A program made the translations under genes and the position numbers. A stretch of 64,000 nucleotides of DNA from Bispira polyomma (taxonomy: Eukaryota). The notes below the pieces were generated by a model. That model ran no database searches and had not been told where the DNA came from. It saw nothing but the letters and a program-made list of their open reading frames with translations. Positions 11,201 through 22,033 of this stretch are shown one piece after another (the first letter of the stretch is position 1; the number at the start of each line of letters is the position of its first letter). The stretch spans positions 43,028,001-43,092,000 of the forward strand of contig OZ287755.1 in assembly GCA_965649765.1 (NCBI GenBank). Reading direction: 5' to 3'.

Positions 11201-12016
11201 CAACCAGCATGGGTGATCTCCATTACTGCCCAGCAACCAAAACAGCAGTCTCAGCGACACCTTCAACTCTTACTACCTCCTCGCCAGCAGCCACAACAAC
11301 AGGCTGTTCACCCTCAACAGCAGCACCTACAACAGGCTGATCAGTCTCAACAACAGGCTCTTCACCCTCAACAGCAGCACCTACAACAGGCTGACCAGCC
11401 TCAACAACAGGCTCTTCACCCTCAACAGCAGCACCTACAACAGGCTGACCAGTCTCAACAACAGGCTCTTCAACCTCAACAGCAGCACCTACAACAGGCT
11501 GATCAGCCTCAACAACAGGCTCTTCACCCTCAACAGCAGCACCTACAACAGGCTGATCAGTCTCAACAACAGGCTCTTCACCCTCAACAGCAGCACCTAC
11601 AACAGGCTGATCAGCCTCAACAACAGGCTGTTCACCCTCAACAGCAGCACCTACAACAGGCTGATCAGTCTCAACAACAGGCTCTTCACCCTCAACAGCT
11701 GCCACAACATCAGGCTGGACAGCCTCAACAGCAGCACCTACAACAGGCTATTCGGTCTCAACAGCTGCCACAACATCAGGCTGATCACCCTCAACAGCAG
11801 CTCCTACAACAGGCTCTTCGGCCTCAACAGCTGCCACAACATCAGGCTGATCAGCCTCAACAGCAGCTCCTACAACAGGCTCAGCATCCTCAACTACATG
11901 ACCTACAACAGGCTGAGTACCAATTTCAAGAGTTACCTCTACTCAGTCTTCAAGATTTAGATGATTTTGAAGATTTTTTTGAGAGGGGAGACAATGAATT
12001 CCTCTATGGAGGTTAA
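11201..12016 (+). CDS. Gln-rich repeat protein fragment with acidic C-terminal tail
   Basis: Frame open from 11201 after an acceptor-like ctctatttAG; (QQQALHPQQQHLQQADQS/P)n, then LQDLDDFEDFFERGDNEFLYGG. Confidence 0.5.
   Translation, partial: QPAWVISITAQQPKQQSQRHLQLLLPPRQQPQQQAVHPQQQHLQQADQSQQQALHPQQQHLQQADQPQQQALHPQQQHLQQADQSQQQALQPQQQHLQQADQPQQQALHPQQQHLQQADQSQQQALHPQQQHLQQADQPQQQAVHPQQQHLQQADQSQQQALHPQQLPQHQAGQPQQQHLQQAIRSQQLPQHQADHPQQQLLQQALRPQQLPQHQADQPQQQLLQQAQHPQLHDLQQAEYQFQELPLLSLQDLDDFEDFFERGDNEFLYGG
11294..11915. repeat. 54-bp minisatellite (about 8 units plus degenerate longer units)
   Basis: caacaacaggctcttcaccctcaacagcagcacctacaacaggctgatcagtct repeated. Confidence 0.92.
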
Positions 12017-12054
12017 TGTTGACTCCTCTAGTGAGGATGAAGTTTACTACTGAT

Positions 12055-12360
12055 GTAGATTTTGAAGAAGTATCTTATTATCACTCAGTAGTAGATTTTG
12101 TAGACATATCTTAATATCATTTTTTTATTTCTTTTATTAACTCAGTAGTAGATTTTGTAGAAGTATCTTATTATCACCTTTTTTATTTCTTTTTTTAATT
12201 AAATCTTTTAAAAACTTCTCTTCCAAAGTCTCTTATTTCTATCAACACAGAACAATAATCATTTATCACAAATTTGTTATTGAAGTGTATTACTGAATCC
12301 TTTTTTATACAACTATGTAGATTTTCTAGAACTATCTTAATGATACCTTTTTATTTATTT
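12055..12360. repeat. Short degenerate direct repeats
   Basis: gtagattttgtagaagtatcttattatcac-like unit occurs four times. Confidence 0.7.
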
Positions 12361-13707
12361 TTTAAAATGAATATTAAATGTATATTAAATGTTTTGACAA
12401 CTTCACCTCCAAAGTCTATTTTTTCTAACAATAAAGAACAATAATCATTTCACACAACTGTGATATTTTTATTTGATTTGTTTTCACAATAACTACACCA
12501 CCTCCTCAAACAAATAATTCTACCACCACCACCTTAAAGAGTTCTACATCTTAACTAGCTTCTAATACCATTTGTCAATTCAGTACATCCTTTGACTGTC
12601 AGCTCAGGTATGGGATAATAGGTACAGTCAACTTGGCTACGGACAGTCAGGAGCACCATTTTAGGAATATTTTCCTTTAAAAGGAAAGTGTCTATCTGAG
12701 TGATCTTGCTCTCGTATATAATCAAAGTACTGATTTTATCATCCGAGATTTTGTAAATGTTTGCATTTGTCACAAGCCTGCAATACAGCTTCCCCCCCCC
12801 CCCCCCCCCTCAGAAAACGACATTCCTGTGCTTCTCCCAACCCCATCCAACAAACTAAAATAGTGCTCAATATTAAACACCTCATATTTATCACGTACAA
12901 ACAAAAAAAGAAATCTATGAGATATGGATATAGTCATTTGAGAGACAAAACAATTAATCTCTCATCCCGTTTTACGAGGTCTTGAATTAAAAGAATAAGC
13001 TAACTACTTGATTTGCTTGGGGCTAAACTTCATCCGTCTGCTGAGAAATTTTTCCTAGAAATACCCATAAGATGCAACAACATTCAAAATTAAACCACCA
13101 TTTAATTCTAAAAACCATAGAAATGCAAGAAATAGATTAATTTTATAGTAGAATTTCGTTTATAGTAACTGGACGAATTGTCTGTCCCTGACCGAATAAG
13201 GTGTCCGTGCAAATTGCCTGCTGCTTGTGTTTATAATTTGATTGCCTGACATAAATCGGACACCAAATAATAAATGTGTCATAACTTCAAATTAAATAAC
13301 TTTATTGACCTAACAATACTGTACTTCCTTGAATATTGGTACTGTAATTGTTTCATATGAAACTCGTGGTCCATTTTCTACCTAGATTATTATTTAAAAT
13401 TTGACAGTCGATTTACAACTGGCGGACGAATTATAACCAGAGGCAATACATTAAACTGTCAGGTGACATTAATAACACCCTCCGCCAATTAAGATCAGCC
13501 ACCAATATACAACGGTCTGTCAGCCCCGTGTCAGTCAAATCCGAGCGGTTACAAACTGTATATTATGATCGGATGATTTACAACTAGCGGGCGAATTTTA
13601 AACACAGGCAGTATAACCACATAACGCTGTGTAACCCTTTAATGCATATTTTATATTTTTCTCACCTCAAATCTTTCTCAAAACTGAAATAATCAGAGAT
13701 TAAAAAT

Positions 13708-14030
13708 ATGTTCACATCTTGCACAAGTATGTTATCCCACCAAATGAAACTAGTGGTCGGTACTAGGAATAGAACACTGGAGCTTCTTTCTGATAATCTG
13801 ATCAAAACACTAACCACTAAAAGATGGGAGATCATGTAATGGATAAAATGTTACAGCCAGCACACAGAAGCAATATAACAGATAGGAGCACTTAGTATTT
13901 AGCTTGTTTGTTGCACTGTATGTGAACAGACATCATTGTAGAAGTGTTCTCCCCCCATTTAAAATTTACAAACATAAAAAACAACTGATAGAGTAAAGGC
14001 TTCGGGAAACCTCACTCTCTGCTGTTGATA
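13708..14030. repeat. About 320-bp diverged direct repeat, copy 1 (begins with a minus-strand SINE head)
   Basis: Similar to 16163-16487; the first 110 bp also resemble 49708-49825. Confidence 0.8.
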
Positions 14031-16162
14031 ATTTGTCGCATCTCACAGGATGCGTTTTTACAAATGAAACCAGAACAAAGACATAGAACAACCATTCATA
14101 TATATGTGTCTAGAAACTTAACAAAACTCCTGCACAGAAATATTAGATTTAGGTCTTTGAGAAAACCAATTTTTTTTTTGGGGTGCAAAATTATTTAAAA
14201 TAAGGCATAAAAAAGGACACTGAAATATTAAAACAAAACAACAACAGAACCAATTAACAAAATTTACACATTATACAAATTGATAGATTTATCCTTTCTA
14301 TCCACTTTTATTTTTTTTCTAACTTGAAATGGCAAACTATGGGTCTTGTTACATTATCAATGCCTAACAGTCATTGTAGAGGTTCAAATGTTTGTGCTTG
14401 AACCATACACAGAGAGGCAGTAGTAAGTTTTAAGCCTGGCTGGCCAATAGGACAATAGATGGTCTGGCGTCCTCCGAGTAATGCTATTAATGCCTCCAAC
14501 TTCCTGTTTCTGTATGAAAAGATCTTGTTACCTATGATACTTTTACTGTTATAAAAGTTTTGGCATAGGTGTCACCTGGTTCTCATAAACCGCATGGTCT
14601 GTTGTTTTTTGTTTTTTTTCATTTATGTATTTAGTTGCCAGACATGTATGTGATAAGTTGGACTTGTCATAAGACAAGCACTAATTCCCGTTCATTTGCA
14701 TAGGGTGATTGCAAACTATAGATCACATTATAAATAGCCTGTGAAAGTGACTAGATGAACATAAAGCTTTGATAAAAAGAATACAATTTATTGCTTTGGG
14801 GCTCAAAATGTTTTTGTGATTGGTATAAATTTTTCGGTTAATTGTTGTTAACAGTAGGGCATATAAGTGTTCTGTTTAGGTTAATTGGGTAATGTGACAC
14901 TTCTATCAATGTCAGCTTCACTACATTCCGTCAACTAAAAATGTAAGCCCAGTGTTTAGATTCCTGAGAAACATTTATTCGTATTTACTGACACATGTGA
15001 TATTGCAAGGTAACAAATGGCAGGTTGCGAAACTTAGTCTTATTTGAATGAAGGAGGATTTTTGATATTTTTTGCGCACTTTGAGGCTGCTCGAGACGTC
15101 TTGAGACTTGCAGGAATGTTACAGCTCTGGAGTACGAATGTGCCATGTATTATTGTCATGTGTTACAAATATTTACCATAGAAATTGCCTGGCCACAATA
15201 CACACAGTTAAGGAGTTTAAATGTCAACACAAAGTAATAATTTTTTACATTAACGAACCAGTGCTACTGGCATGTTCTATTTGCAGGCAATAAAGGCAAA
15301 CATGAGTCTACAGTGGCAGATTCGAAGCAGGTTAGAGCATTGTTACATATGTACATTTATGTTTATCATTGCAAATGGTGTTATAATGCCATAGTAATTG
15401 GTATAGAATGTAATGCTGGAAAATATGCCTTGACAATTGTAAGACAAGTGTCCACAGTGATATTTGAGGGATAAATCAAGCTTTGGACTTTAGTAGTTAC
15501 AAAAAATGAAAGAAAAACATTATTTTCATTTACAATACAGTATTGTCAGTTACAAGCTTATTTTCGCTTCAGTACAGTATTGTCAGTTACAAGCTAAAAG
15601 TTGTGTGAGTGTGAGTTCGAATTTTAAGGCTGTTTTAATTTTAGAATTATAGTACAATACATTGCATGGTCTTTAAAGATGCTGCTTTTGTTGATATTCT
15701 TACTATATCTCTACACCCATCAGACATAATTCATTTAAAATCATCATCACAGATACTTTTTGTTATATCAGTGGTATTGTGTTACAATTGCCTAGTACCT
15801 CTAAAATGGTAAACGCTATAAGGAAACGACCTGTCCTAAAAATGGGCCTAGTCCCAAAAAATGACGAAAATATTCTTCAAACCTCCCATTGGAATGTAGT
15901 AGGCGAGGTCCATTCTTAAAGCGCGGCTTTTATTTCGAAACACCCACTTAAACAAAAACCTGCTGAGGAATGCAGTAAAGTGTCTATTGTCTTTGCAGTG
16001 ATGACTCCTTGGAATACTTTACGCAAATTAATTACATGTATTAATATATTTCATTTAATTGATCTTACTTTTGTAAAACTTAGATTGTACCAAGAAAAAA
16101 TACAGAAATATCAAATATTGAGAATACTATAATAATTGGTCATCTAAGCCACCAGTCAAACT

Positions 16163-16487
16163 TGTGTTCACACCTTGCACAAGCATGTTATCCCACCAAA
16201 TGAAACTATCGGCCAGTACCAAGAGTAGAACACAGACCCTTCTGATAATCAGATCAACACATTAACCACTAGATGATGGGGGATTGTGTAATAAAAATAA
16301 TGTTACAGCCAGCACACAGAAGCAATAACAGATAGGAGCACTTAGGATTTAGCTTGTTTGTTCCACTATGTGAACGGAAATCATTGTAAAGGTGTTTTCC
16401 CCATTTAAAATTTTACAAACACACAAAAATAACAGATAGGGTAAAGTGACTAAAGTGGTTGGGAAACCTCTCTCTGTGGTGTTGACA
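16163..16487. repeat. About 320-bp diverged direct repeat, copy 2
   Basis: Shared atgttatcccaccaaatgaaacta and gttacagccagcacacagaagcaata...gataggagcacttag blocks. Confidence 0.8.
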
Positions 16488-16700
16488 CCAACTCCCTCTT
16501 AAATATTGAGAATACTATATTAATGCAGATCAGATCGCCATTTATTTATTTATTTATCACCATGAAAAATTTAAAAAATGAGCCATTTATATAGTTCAGG
16601 CAACAAATTTAACTGTGTAGATATCTGTACATTTATTTATTATTCCCATAATTAAAATGCCCTTTGTCTTAAAGTACATTTTCAAAATTGAAATGAAATA

Positions 16701-17010
16701 GTGGTCTTTGTGGCCTAGCGGCCAGAGCATTTAACTTTGAATCAGAGGGTCCGAGAGGGTCACAGGTTTGATCCTTGCTGCAGGTCTGAAGATTGTACCC
16801 TTGGACAAGGTACTTTACACTAAGTTGTCCCTTTCCATCCAAGCGTATAAATGGGTATCTGGCTGCTAATGGGTGTTTAATCTCTGCACTGTATGTGGCA
16901 GAATAGCTAGCATATGCTCCCTTGGGGAGCTGAGTTGAACAATTGGTTGACAAGTGAAAGAACACAAATACACTCTAATTAACGTAATCTATTATATAAA
17001 GCACTTTCTG
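16701..17010 (+). mobile_element. tRNA-derived SINE with CORE-like central domain
   Basis: A-box tggcctagcgg, B-box-like ggtttgatcc, cccttggacaaggtactt core, tataaatgggta block. Confidence 0.75.
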
Positions 17011-17869
17011 TAAGAACCACTGTTTGCACAGATATATTTATCAGCTTTCTGAAACGTGTGGCTAATTTCACAATAATGTATTACCAGTATAATATTAAAC
17101 TTATAGGTCTCATATCAAGTTTTTAATATGCATGCAGTAAGATAACAGAACAAGCATAAACCTATATATATTTAACCTTTAATTGAGCTGTATGAGAGAA
17201 AGAAGACCATCTTTTTAAATAAAGATTGTGTACAGATACGACAGCTAAGAATAGCATATATAGGTTGTTAAAGTCCTAATGAGAAAAGAAAATACTAAAG
17301 TAAAGACAAATACATTGAAGTGGTTTTCTAGTGATAAGTAGTTACTTTAATTTGAAATGTATTATTTATTACTTTGTAACTTATACTGTCGTTCTCTAGT
17401 CTCAGTGTTTTTGATTGGAACTTAAAATGACAAATAAGCTGTCTCATGTTTTCACTGTACATTAAATGAATGAAGACATTTCAAGTTCATGAAGATCCAT
17501 TTCTCATGTCAGTTAAGTTACCAGTGTATTAATCAGTTGTGGAAGCTATAAATACCAATGATATAACAAACAAAATTGGGACAATATAGGACCAAAGTTT
17601 ACAGGTGGTATGTACTCATCATCAGGCCTGTGTCACATGCACACAGTTTGCAAGTTTATAGGTTTGCAATAATTATCAAATGATTTGATATGTGGTATAA
17701 AGACTATATATCTAAAATGTGTATATAGAAATAAATAAATCATATTTAAAACTTGTACCTTTACCAATAATAAACTCTTACTGTCATATACAGGACATGA
17801 TGTAAAATCGCAGATTTATGCATATCAATACATTGGTCAAAATTTGAATGATGTCAGTCCCTTGGTAAT

Positions 17870-18125
17870 CAGTTTAATGTTAATGTTTTACTCCTATAGT
17901 GCCACAATTTATGACCAGGCCTCCTCTGTGACACTTATCCAAATCAGTAGAATGAAAAGTTCGATAGGGGAATAGGTTCGTGATCAGAGTACAGTCGTGA
18001 CCAGGAGACAAAAGTTAAGACAGAAAAGCGAGTTGATACACATGTGTTCTGAGCTTTTCCCTGAAGCCTGTAATCCTTGTCTCATTGTTAAAGACAAGTA
18101 GGGAGACTATTCTACTCAGCAGCTG
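17870..18125 (-). mobile_element. L2-like LINE 3' remnant inside the Maverick
   Basis: NETRITGFREKLRTHVYQLAF*; clearly diverged homolog of 30433-30690. Confidence 0.75.
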
Positions 18126-18836
18126 TTTGTCCCTCTGTCCCAAAATACAAGGCTGGTTACAAGTGCACTGTTTTGGGCTCAATTTACTTGCATGGAACTG
18201 CACGAGTTCCAAGATGAGTCTGATAAAAATTTTTGTAAAGGCATATCAAAGTCAAGTCTCAATAATGCCATGGAGTTGTTTGAAAGTGTGCTTCATAACC
18301 AAATACCACTTTCTTCAACCAATATCGGTTTTAGAGCAAAAAACAATACAATTTTTACTTACATGCAGGATAGAGCAGGCTTCTCGTACTATTATATCAA
18401 AAAGGAGGTTTTGGATGACGGAATTCGTACCAAACCATTAAACATGGTTTTGAAACCATGGAAACAAAAAATTGTTATAGTTGAAAATGCTCTTGACCTT
18501 CTATCAAACGGTTTTTGCTTTGAGTTGAAAGTCGATGGAAAGACGTATTCAAGTGTTGAAGAATACTTTCAAGAAAGGGAACATGATTTCAATCCAAATG
18601 CAAACACTAGTTTGGAGGAGAATTGGGAGTGGTTTCAAGAAAGAGACAAGATTATGCAAGAAATTTTAAAAGTAAAACAGTGTTGTAATTTTGCTCAGGT
18701 CTTAAAAAATACTCGGAATTCTTATATATGTTACAATGTTTCAGATAATTTGTATTGGAATGTGGGTTTACCGCAGAGACTAGTGAAGGTTATAAATATT
18801 CTCATCCAGGTCAAAATCAAATGGGAGAGATATTGA
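18126..18836 (+). CDS. Maverick hypothetical protein, probably 5'-truncated
   Basis: The 214-aa ORF from 18192 stays open upstream to the LINE junction and lies in tandem with the ATPase. Confidence 0.6.
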   Translation, partial: FVPLSQNTRLVTSALFWAQFTCMELHEFQDESDKNFCKGISKSSLNNAMELFESVLHNQIPLSSTNIGFRAKNNTIFTYMQDRAGFSYYYIKKEVLDDGIRTKPLNMVLKPWKQKIVIVENALDLLSNGFCFELKVDGKTYSSVEEYFQEREHDFNPNANTSLEENWEWFQERDKIMQEILKVKQCCNFAQVLKNTRNSYICYNVSDNLYWNVGLPQRLVKVINILIQVKIKWERY

Positions 18837-18861
18837 TGAAAGTTAGAGAAACATTATAAAA

Positions 18862-19494
18862 ATGTCCATAAAATTTGAAGATCCAGCAAGTATACTTATT
18901 GCTGGTTGTAGTAATTCTGGTAAAACCACTTTTCTGTATCAGTTGTTAAAGTGTAAGGATGCAATGTTCCAGAAACCTGTATGTAAAATACTATACTGCT
19001 ATTCTGTTTGGCAAAATATTTTTGATAAATTACAAGATGAAATAAATATTAAGTTCATTAAGGGTCTGCCTGAGGAGATAGAGATAGATAGCATGAATGA
19101 CGGGAATCATAATATTTGTATAATAGACGATTTGCAGGAAGAAGTGTCTGGAAATAAATTTATTGAAAAATTATACACAACCCTCTGTCATCATTATTAC
19201 CTCACAGTAATAACTATTTTACAAAATTTATTTTATCAAGGTAAAAGCTTAAGAACAATCAATTTAAATAGTCATTATTTGATATTATTTAAAAACCCCC
19301 GAGATATAAATCAAATAAAGTATTTAGGAAACCAAACTGGGTTAAAGAAGACTTTAGAAGAAGCATATAAAAATGTAACAGACGAAAGCTACAATTATCT
19401 TTTAGTTGATCTCTCTCCGCACTCATCTACCCAATATAAATTAAGAAGTCATATTTTGCCGAAAGAAGATACTGTGGTATATCTTAGAAAGTAA
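18862..19494 (+). CDS. Packaging ATPase (A32/FtsK-like)
   Basis: Walker A GCSNSGKT, Walker B ICIIDD, ILQNLF...RTINLNSHYLILFKNPRD. Confidence 0.95.
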   Translation: MSIKFEDPASILIAGCSNSGKTTFLYQLLKCKDAMFQKPVCKILYCYSVWQNIFDKLQDEINIKFIKGLPEEIEIDSMNDGNHNICIIDDLQEEVSGNKFIEKLYTTLCHHYYLTVITILQNLFYQGKSLRTINLNSHYLILFKNPRDINQIKYLGNQTGLKKTLEEAYKNVTDESYNYLLVDLSPHSSTQYKLRSHILPKEDTVVYLRK

Positions 19495-19513
19495 GTCTAT
19501 AAGTATTATAAAT

Positions 19514-19834
19514 ATGAAGGGTAGGCTTAAAATGAATGGAGATTTTGTAAGGTTTTTATTAAGCACACACATCAAACAAAGATATGCAATAATAAAAACA
19601 TTAAATGAAAGACAGACTGGAGTAATTTTGGAAATAATTCTCAATATTCTGAGATTGGTTAATTTGAAAAAGTACAAAACAAAAATCAGTAAAAATTTTA
19701 GACTTTGGAAGAAAATAACCAATAAAAAATTAAAAAGAAAGGAAAAGATTAAACTCCTAAAAAACAATGACAAAAAAATAATAAGTCTCTTAGATTTGTT
19801 TAGGAATGATCTATTAAATTTAATAACAGAATGA
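19514..19834 (+). CDS. Basic Maverick hypothetical protein
   Basis: KQRYAII...ILEIILNIL...KYK pattern, typical position after the ATPase, ATGA overlap with the next gene. Confidence 0.7.
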   Translation: MKGRLKMNGDFVRFLLSTHIKQRYAIIKTLNERQTGVILEIILNILRLVNLKKYKTKISKNFRLWKKITNKKLKRKEKIKLLKNNDKKIISLLDLFRNDLLNLITE

Positions 19835-20244
19835 ATAAATTTGTGTTGATACCTTATGATCGATACAGAATGTTATTAGAATCAAAGGAATACAGTAGTG
19901 GAGATAATCCAAATCCTAAAAATATGATAACTGATACAATATCAAAAGAAACTGAAGAAAAGAAAACAAAGGAAAATGAAGAAATAGAAAAAAACAATTC
20001 TAACGATTTCATTGAAAGTAAAGAGGGAAAAAAAGAGGAATTGGTACAGCATATGACAACAGATAAATTAGATGAGAACTTGAAAAACAAGAAAGAACTA
20101 AATGAAGAGGTAAACCAAAGGGGTTTGGGACTAAAAGAAATTAAAATACCCCCACCCGGATTACCACCAAATAAAGACAAAAAGAAAACAGAAAAGGAGA
20201 ATAGTGCATACAAACACTGGGTAAAAAAATGGGATAAATATTAA
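19831..20244 (+). CDS. Maverick hypothetical protein
   Basis: N-terminal KFVLIP...Y..L, QRGLG and PPPGLP motifs; compact gene order. Confidence 0.7.
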   Translation: MNKFVLIPYDRYRMLLESKEYSSGDNPNPKNMITDTISKETEEKKTKENEEIEKNNSNDFIESKEGKKEELVQHMTTDKLDENLKNKKELNEEVNQRGLGLKEIKIPPPGLPPNKDKKKTEKENSAYKHWVKKWDKY

Positions 20245-20293
20245 TATAAAAAGAGAAAAAAAGCCACAATATGCTTGGACTTTTAAATAGACA

Positions 20294-21220
20294 ATGGACG
20301 AAAATCAGGAAAAATATCTACACGACCTTTATTACAATCCAAAAAATGCAGTGTCTTATAGCGGTTTCAATAAATTTTATAGCTTCATCCAAAAAAACAG
20401 TCAGCAAAATTTTTCCAAAAAGGATATTAGGGAATGGTTGGGAAAACAAGATGCTTTTGTCTTGCATCGACCTGTGATAAGACATATTAAACGTCCAATT
20501 ACCATTGCAGTGAGAAAAGACCAACGTGAGTACAAGAGCCTAATATTTAGAAATTGGTTAAAAGAAAAAGGAGTTCAACATTTCATGAGCACCAATGAAA
20601 CAAAGGTGGCGATGGCTGAAAGAGTAATAAAAACAATCAAACTAAAACTGTACCGAAGGATGACAGCAGAAAACAATTATAAATGGAATGATGCGCTTGC
20701 TAGTCTCACAGAGTCCTACAACAATTCCTTTCATAGAATGATTAAAACCACTCCTTCAAAGGTGAGGGAAATGGATGATTATGAGTTATGGAAAAATCAG
20801 TATATTAAAGACTACGATGTGAAAAAACCAAAATTAAAGAAAAACAAAAAACCAAGATCAGAAAAATTACCTTATAAATATAAAATAGGAGATATAGTAA
20901 AGGTTGCGTATCTATCCAGACCTTTCGAGAGAGAATACGATGAGAAATATTCTGGTGAAAATTTCACCGTTGCTGATAGAAATATAAATCAGGGTAAGGC
21001 TCAGTACAAATTGAAAGATTTAAATAACGAACTAGTATTGGGAAATTTTTTTAATAAGGAATTGCAAAAGGTTTATGTTTCTAAAGAGACCACATATCGA
21101 ATAGAAAAAATTCTGAAAAGTAGAAAAAGAGGGGGTAAAAAGGAATATTTAGTAAGGTGGGAAAATTATTCCTCAAAATTCGACAGCTGGGTGAAGGAAG
21201 AAGACATTCAGGATATATAA
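20294..21220 (+). pseudogene. Retroviral-like (c-) integrase with C-terminal chromodomain; catalytic core deleted in frame
   Basis: YYNPK..SYSG, WL..QDA..LH, KVAMAERVIKTIK, YNNSFHRMIKTTP, chromodomain YRIEKIL...EYLVRWENY...DSWV; the W.ADL...IDVFS...TD segment is missing at KDQ/REY. Confidence 0.9.
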
Positions 21221-21258
21221 GTTAAATGTAAAACTATGCAAAGTAAAAATAAACCAAA

Positions 21259-21669
21259 ATGAATCAATTATACCTACATATTCATTCCACCAATTCGATA
21301 AATTTTCACCCACAAAATCATGCATGGGAATTTATTGTAGAAATAGTAGAGGGTATAGAACTTGAAGGGAGATGGAAATGTGGTCTAGCAGAAATTAGAT
21401 ATGATAAAGAGGTTGTAGAGGAAATATATGTATATTGTGACATTGTTGATGAAAGTCTGATTGAAGATTTTTGTAGACCTATTTTAAGAGTGGTAGATAA
21501 AGCTGAACATTACAATCAAATCTACTATAAAAGGGTGAACAGAACAAATCTAGAGAGAATTAAGGTATAGAAAACTGGTAAAAACTTAAAAAAACTAAAC
21601 ATTTCAAATACCCCTACTTACGTGGTTTTAAGTCTTCAAAAAGACAATAACAATGGTCAATTGGAATAA
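21259..21669 (+). pseudogene. Minor capsid (penton-like) protein with in-frame TAG at 21568-21570
   Basis: LYLHIHS.NS...P.N...F.V...IELEGRW..GL.EI and IYVYCDIV...ILRVV; the frame continues past the TAG to TYVVLSL. Confidence 0.75.
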
Positions 21670-21940
21670 GGTTTGTGAAAATATGAGGGAGGGGAAATTG
21701 AGAATGGATAGAAAACTATATATAATAGGGGAACAGGCAGGTGGTGGGGGAAATAATGATAACGAACTAGTTAGCATAATTTCTCCTACAGAGCAGCAGG
21801 TTGATATGGCTAGATCAGAACTAAAAAAGAAACACAAAAAGGGAAAAGTAGTTAAAAGAAAAACCAAGAAAGTTGCAAAGAGGAAGAAAATAAAACATAG
21901 AAAGAAAAAACAAGTTAAAAAAACAAAGAAAAGAAAATAG
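21653..21940 (+). CDS. Small basic (core-like) Maverick protein
   Basis: W..V..NM.EGKL, QAGGG, ISPTEQQVDMARSEL, Lys-rich tail. Confidence 0.75.
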   Translation: MVNWNKVCENMREGKLRMDRKLYIIGEQAGGGGNNDNELVSIISPTEQQVDMARSELKKKHKKGKVVKRKTKKVAKRKKIKHRKKKQVKKTKKRK

Positions 21941-22033
21941 TGAATATACCTTGAAAAGTATATATATATATATAGTGTTAGAGTCAAATAATCTTTAGTT
22001 CAATTCTTGCTTTTGAGTGAATAAAAAATTAAA

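Noticed and set aside
11223-11705. Val/Glu repeat ORF on the minus strand
   Set aside because: Antisense shadow of the 54-bp minisatellite. The plus frame extends into unique sequence on both sides and is preferred, although the strand is unproven.
16701-16785. tRNA gene
   Set aside because: No proper cloverleaf, and it is followed by a CORE-like domain; it is a SINE head.
10754-18125. Protein-primed DNA polymerase B gene
   Set aside because: No long ORF and no recognisable exonuclease or polymerase motifs in the ORF track or by eye.
21568-21570. Programmed stop read-through in the penton gene
   Set aside because: Neighbouring genes are also mutated, so a nonsense or deletion lesion is the simpler explanation.
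19441-21987. Phe/Leu-rich minus-strand ORFs (19441-19773, 19854-20213, 21628-21987)
   Set aside because: Antisense shadows of A-rich plus-strand viral genes.
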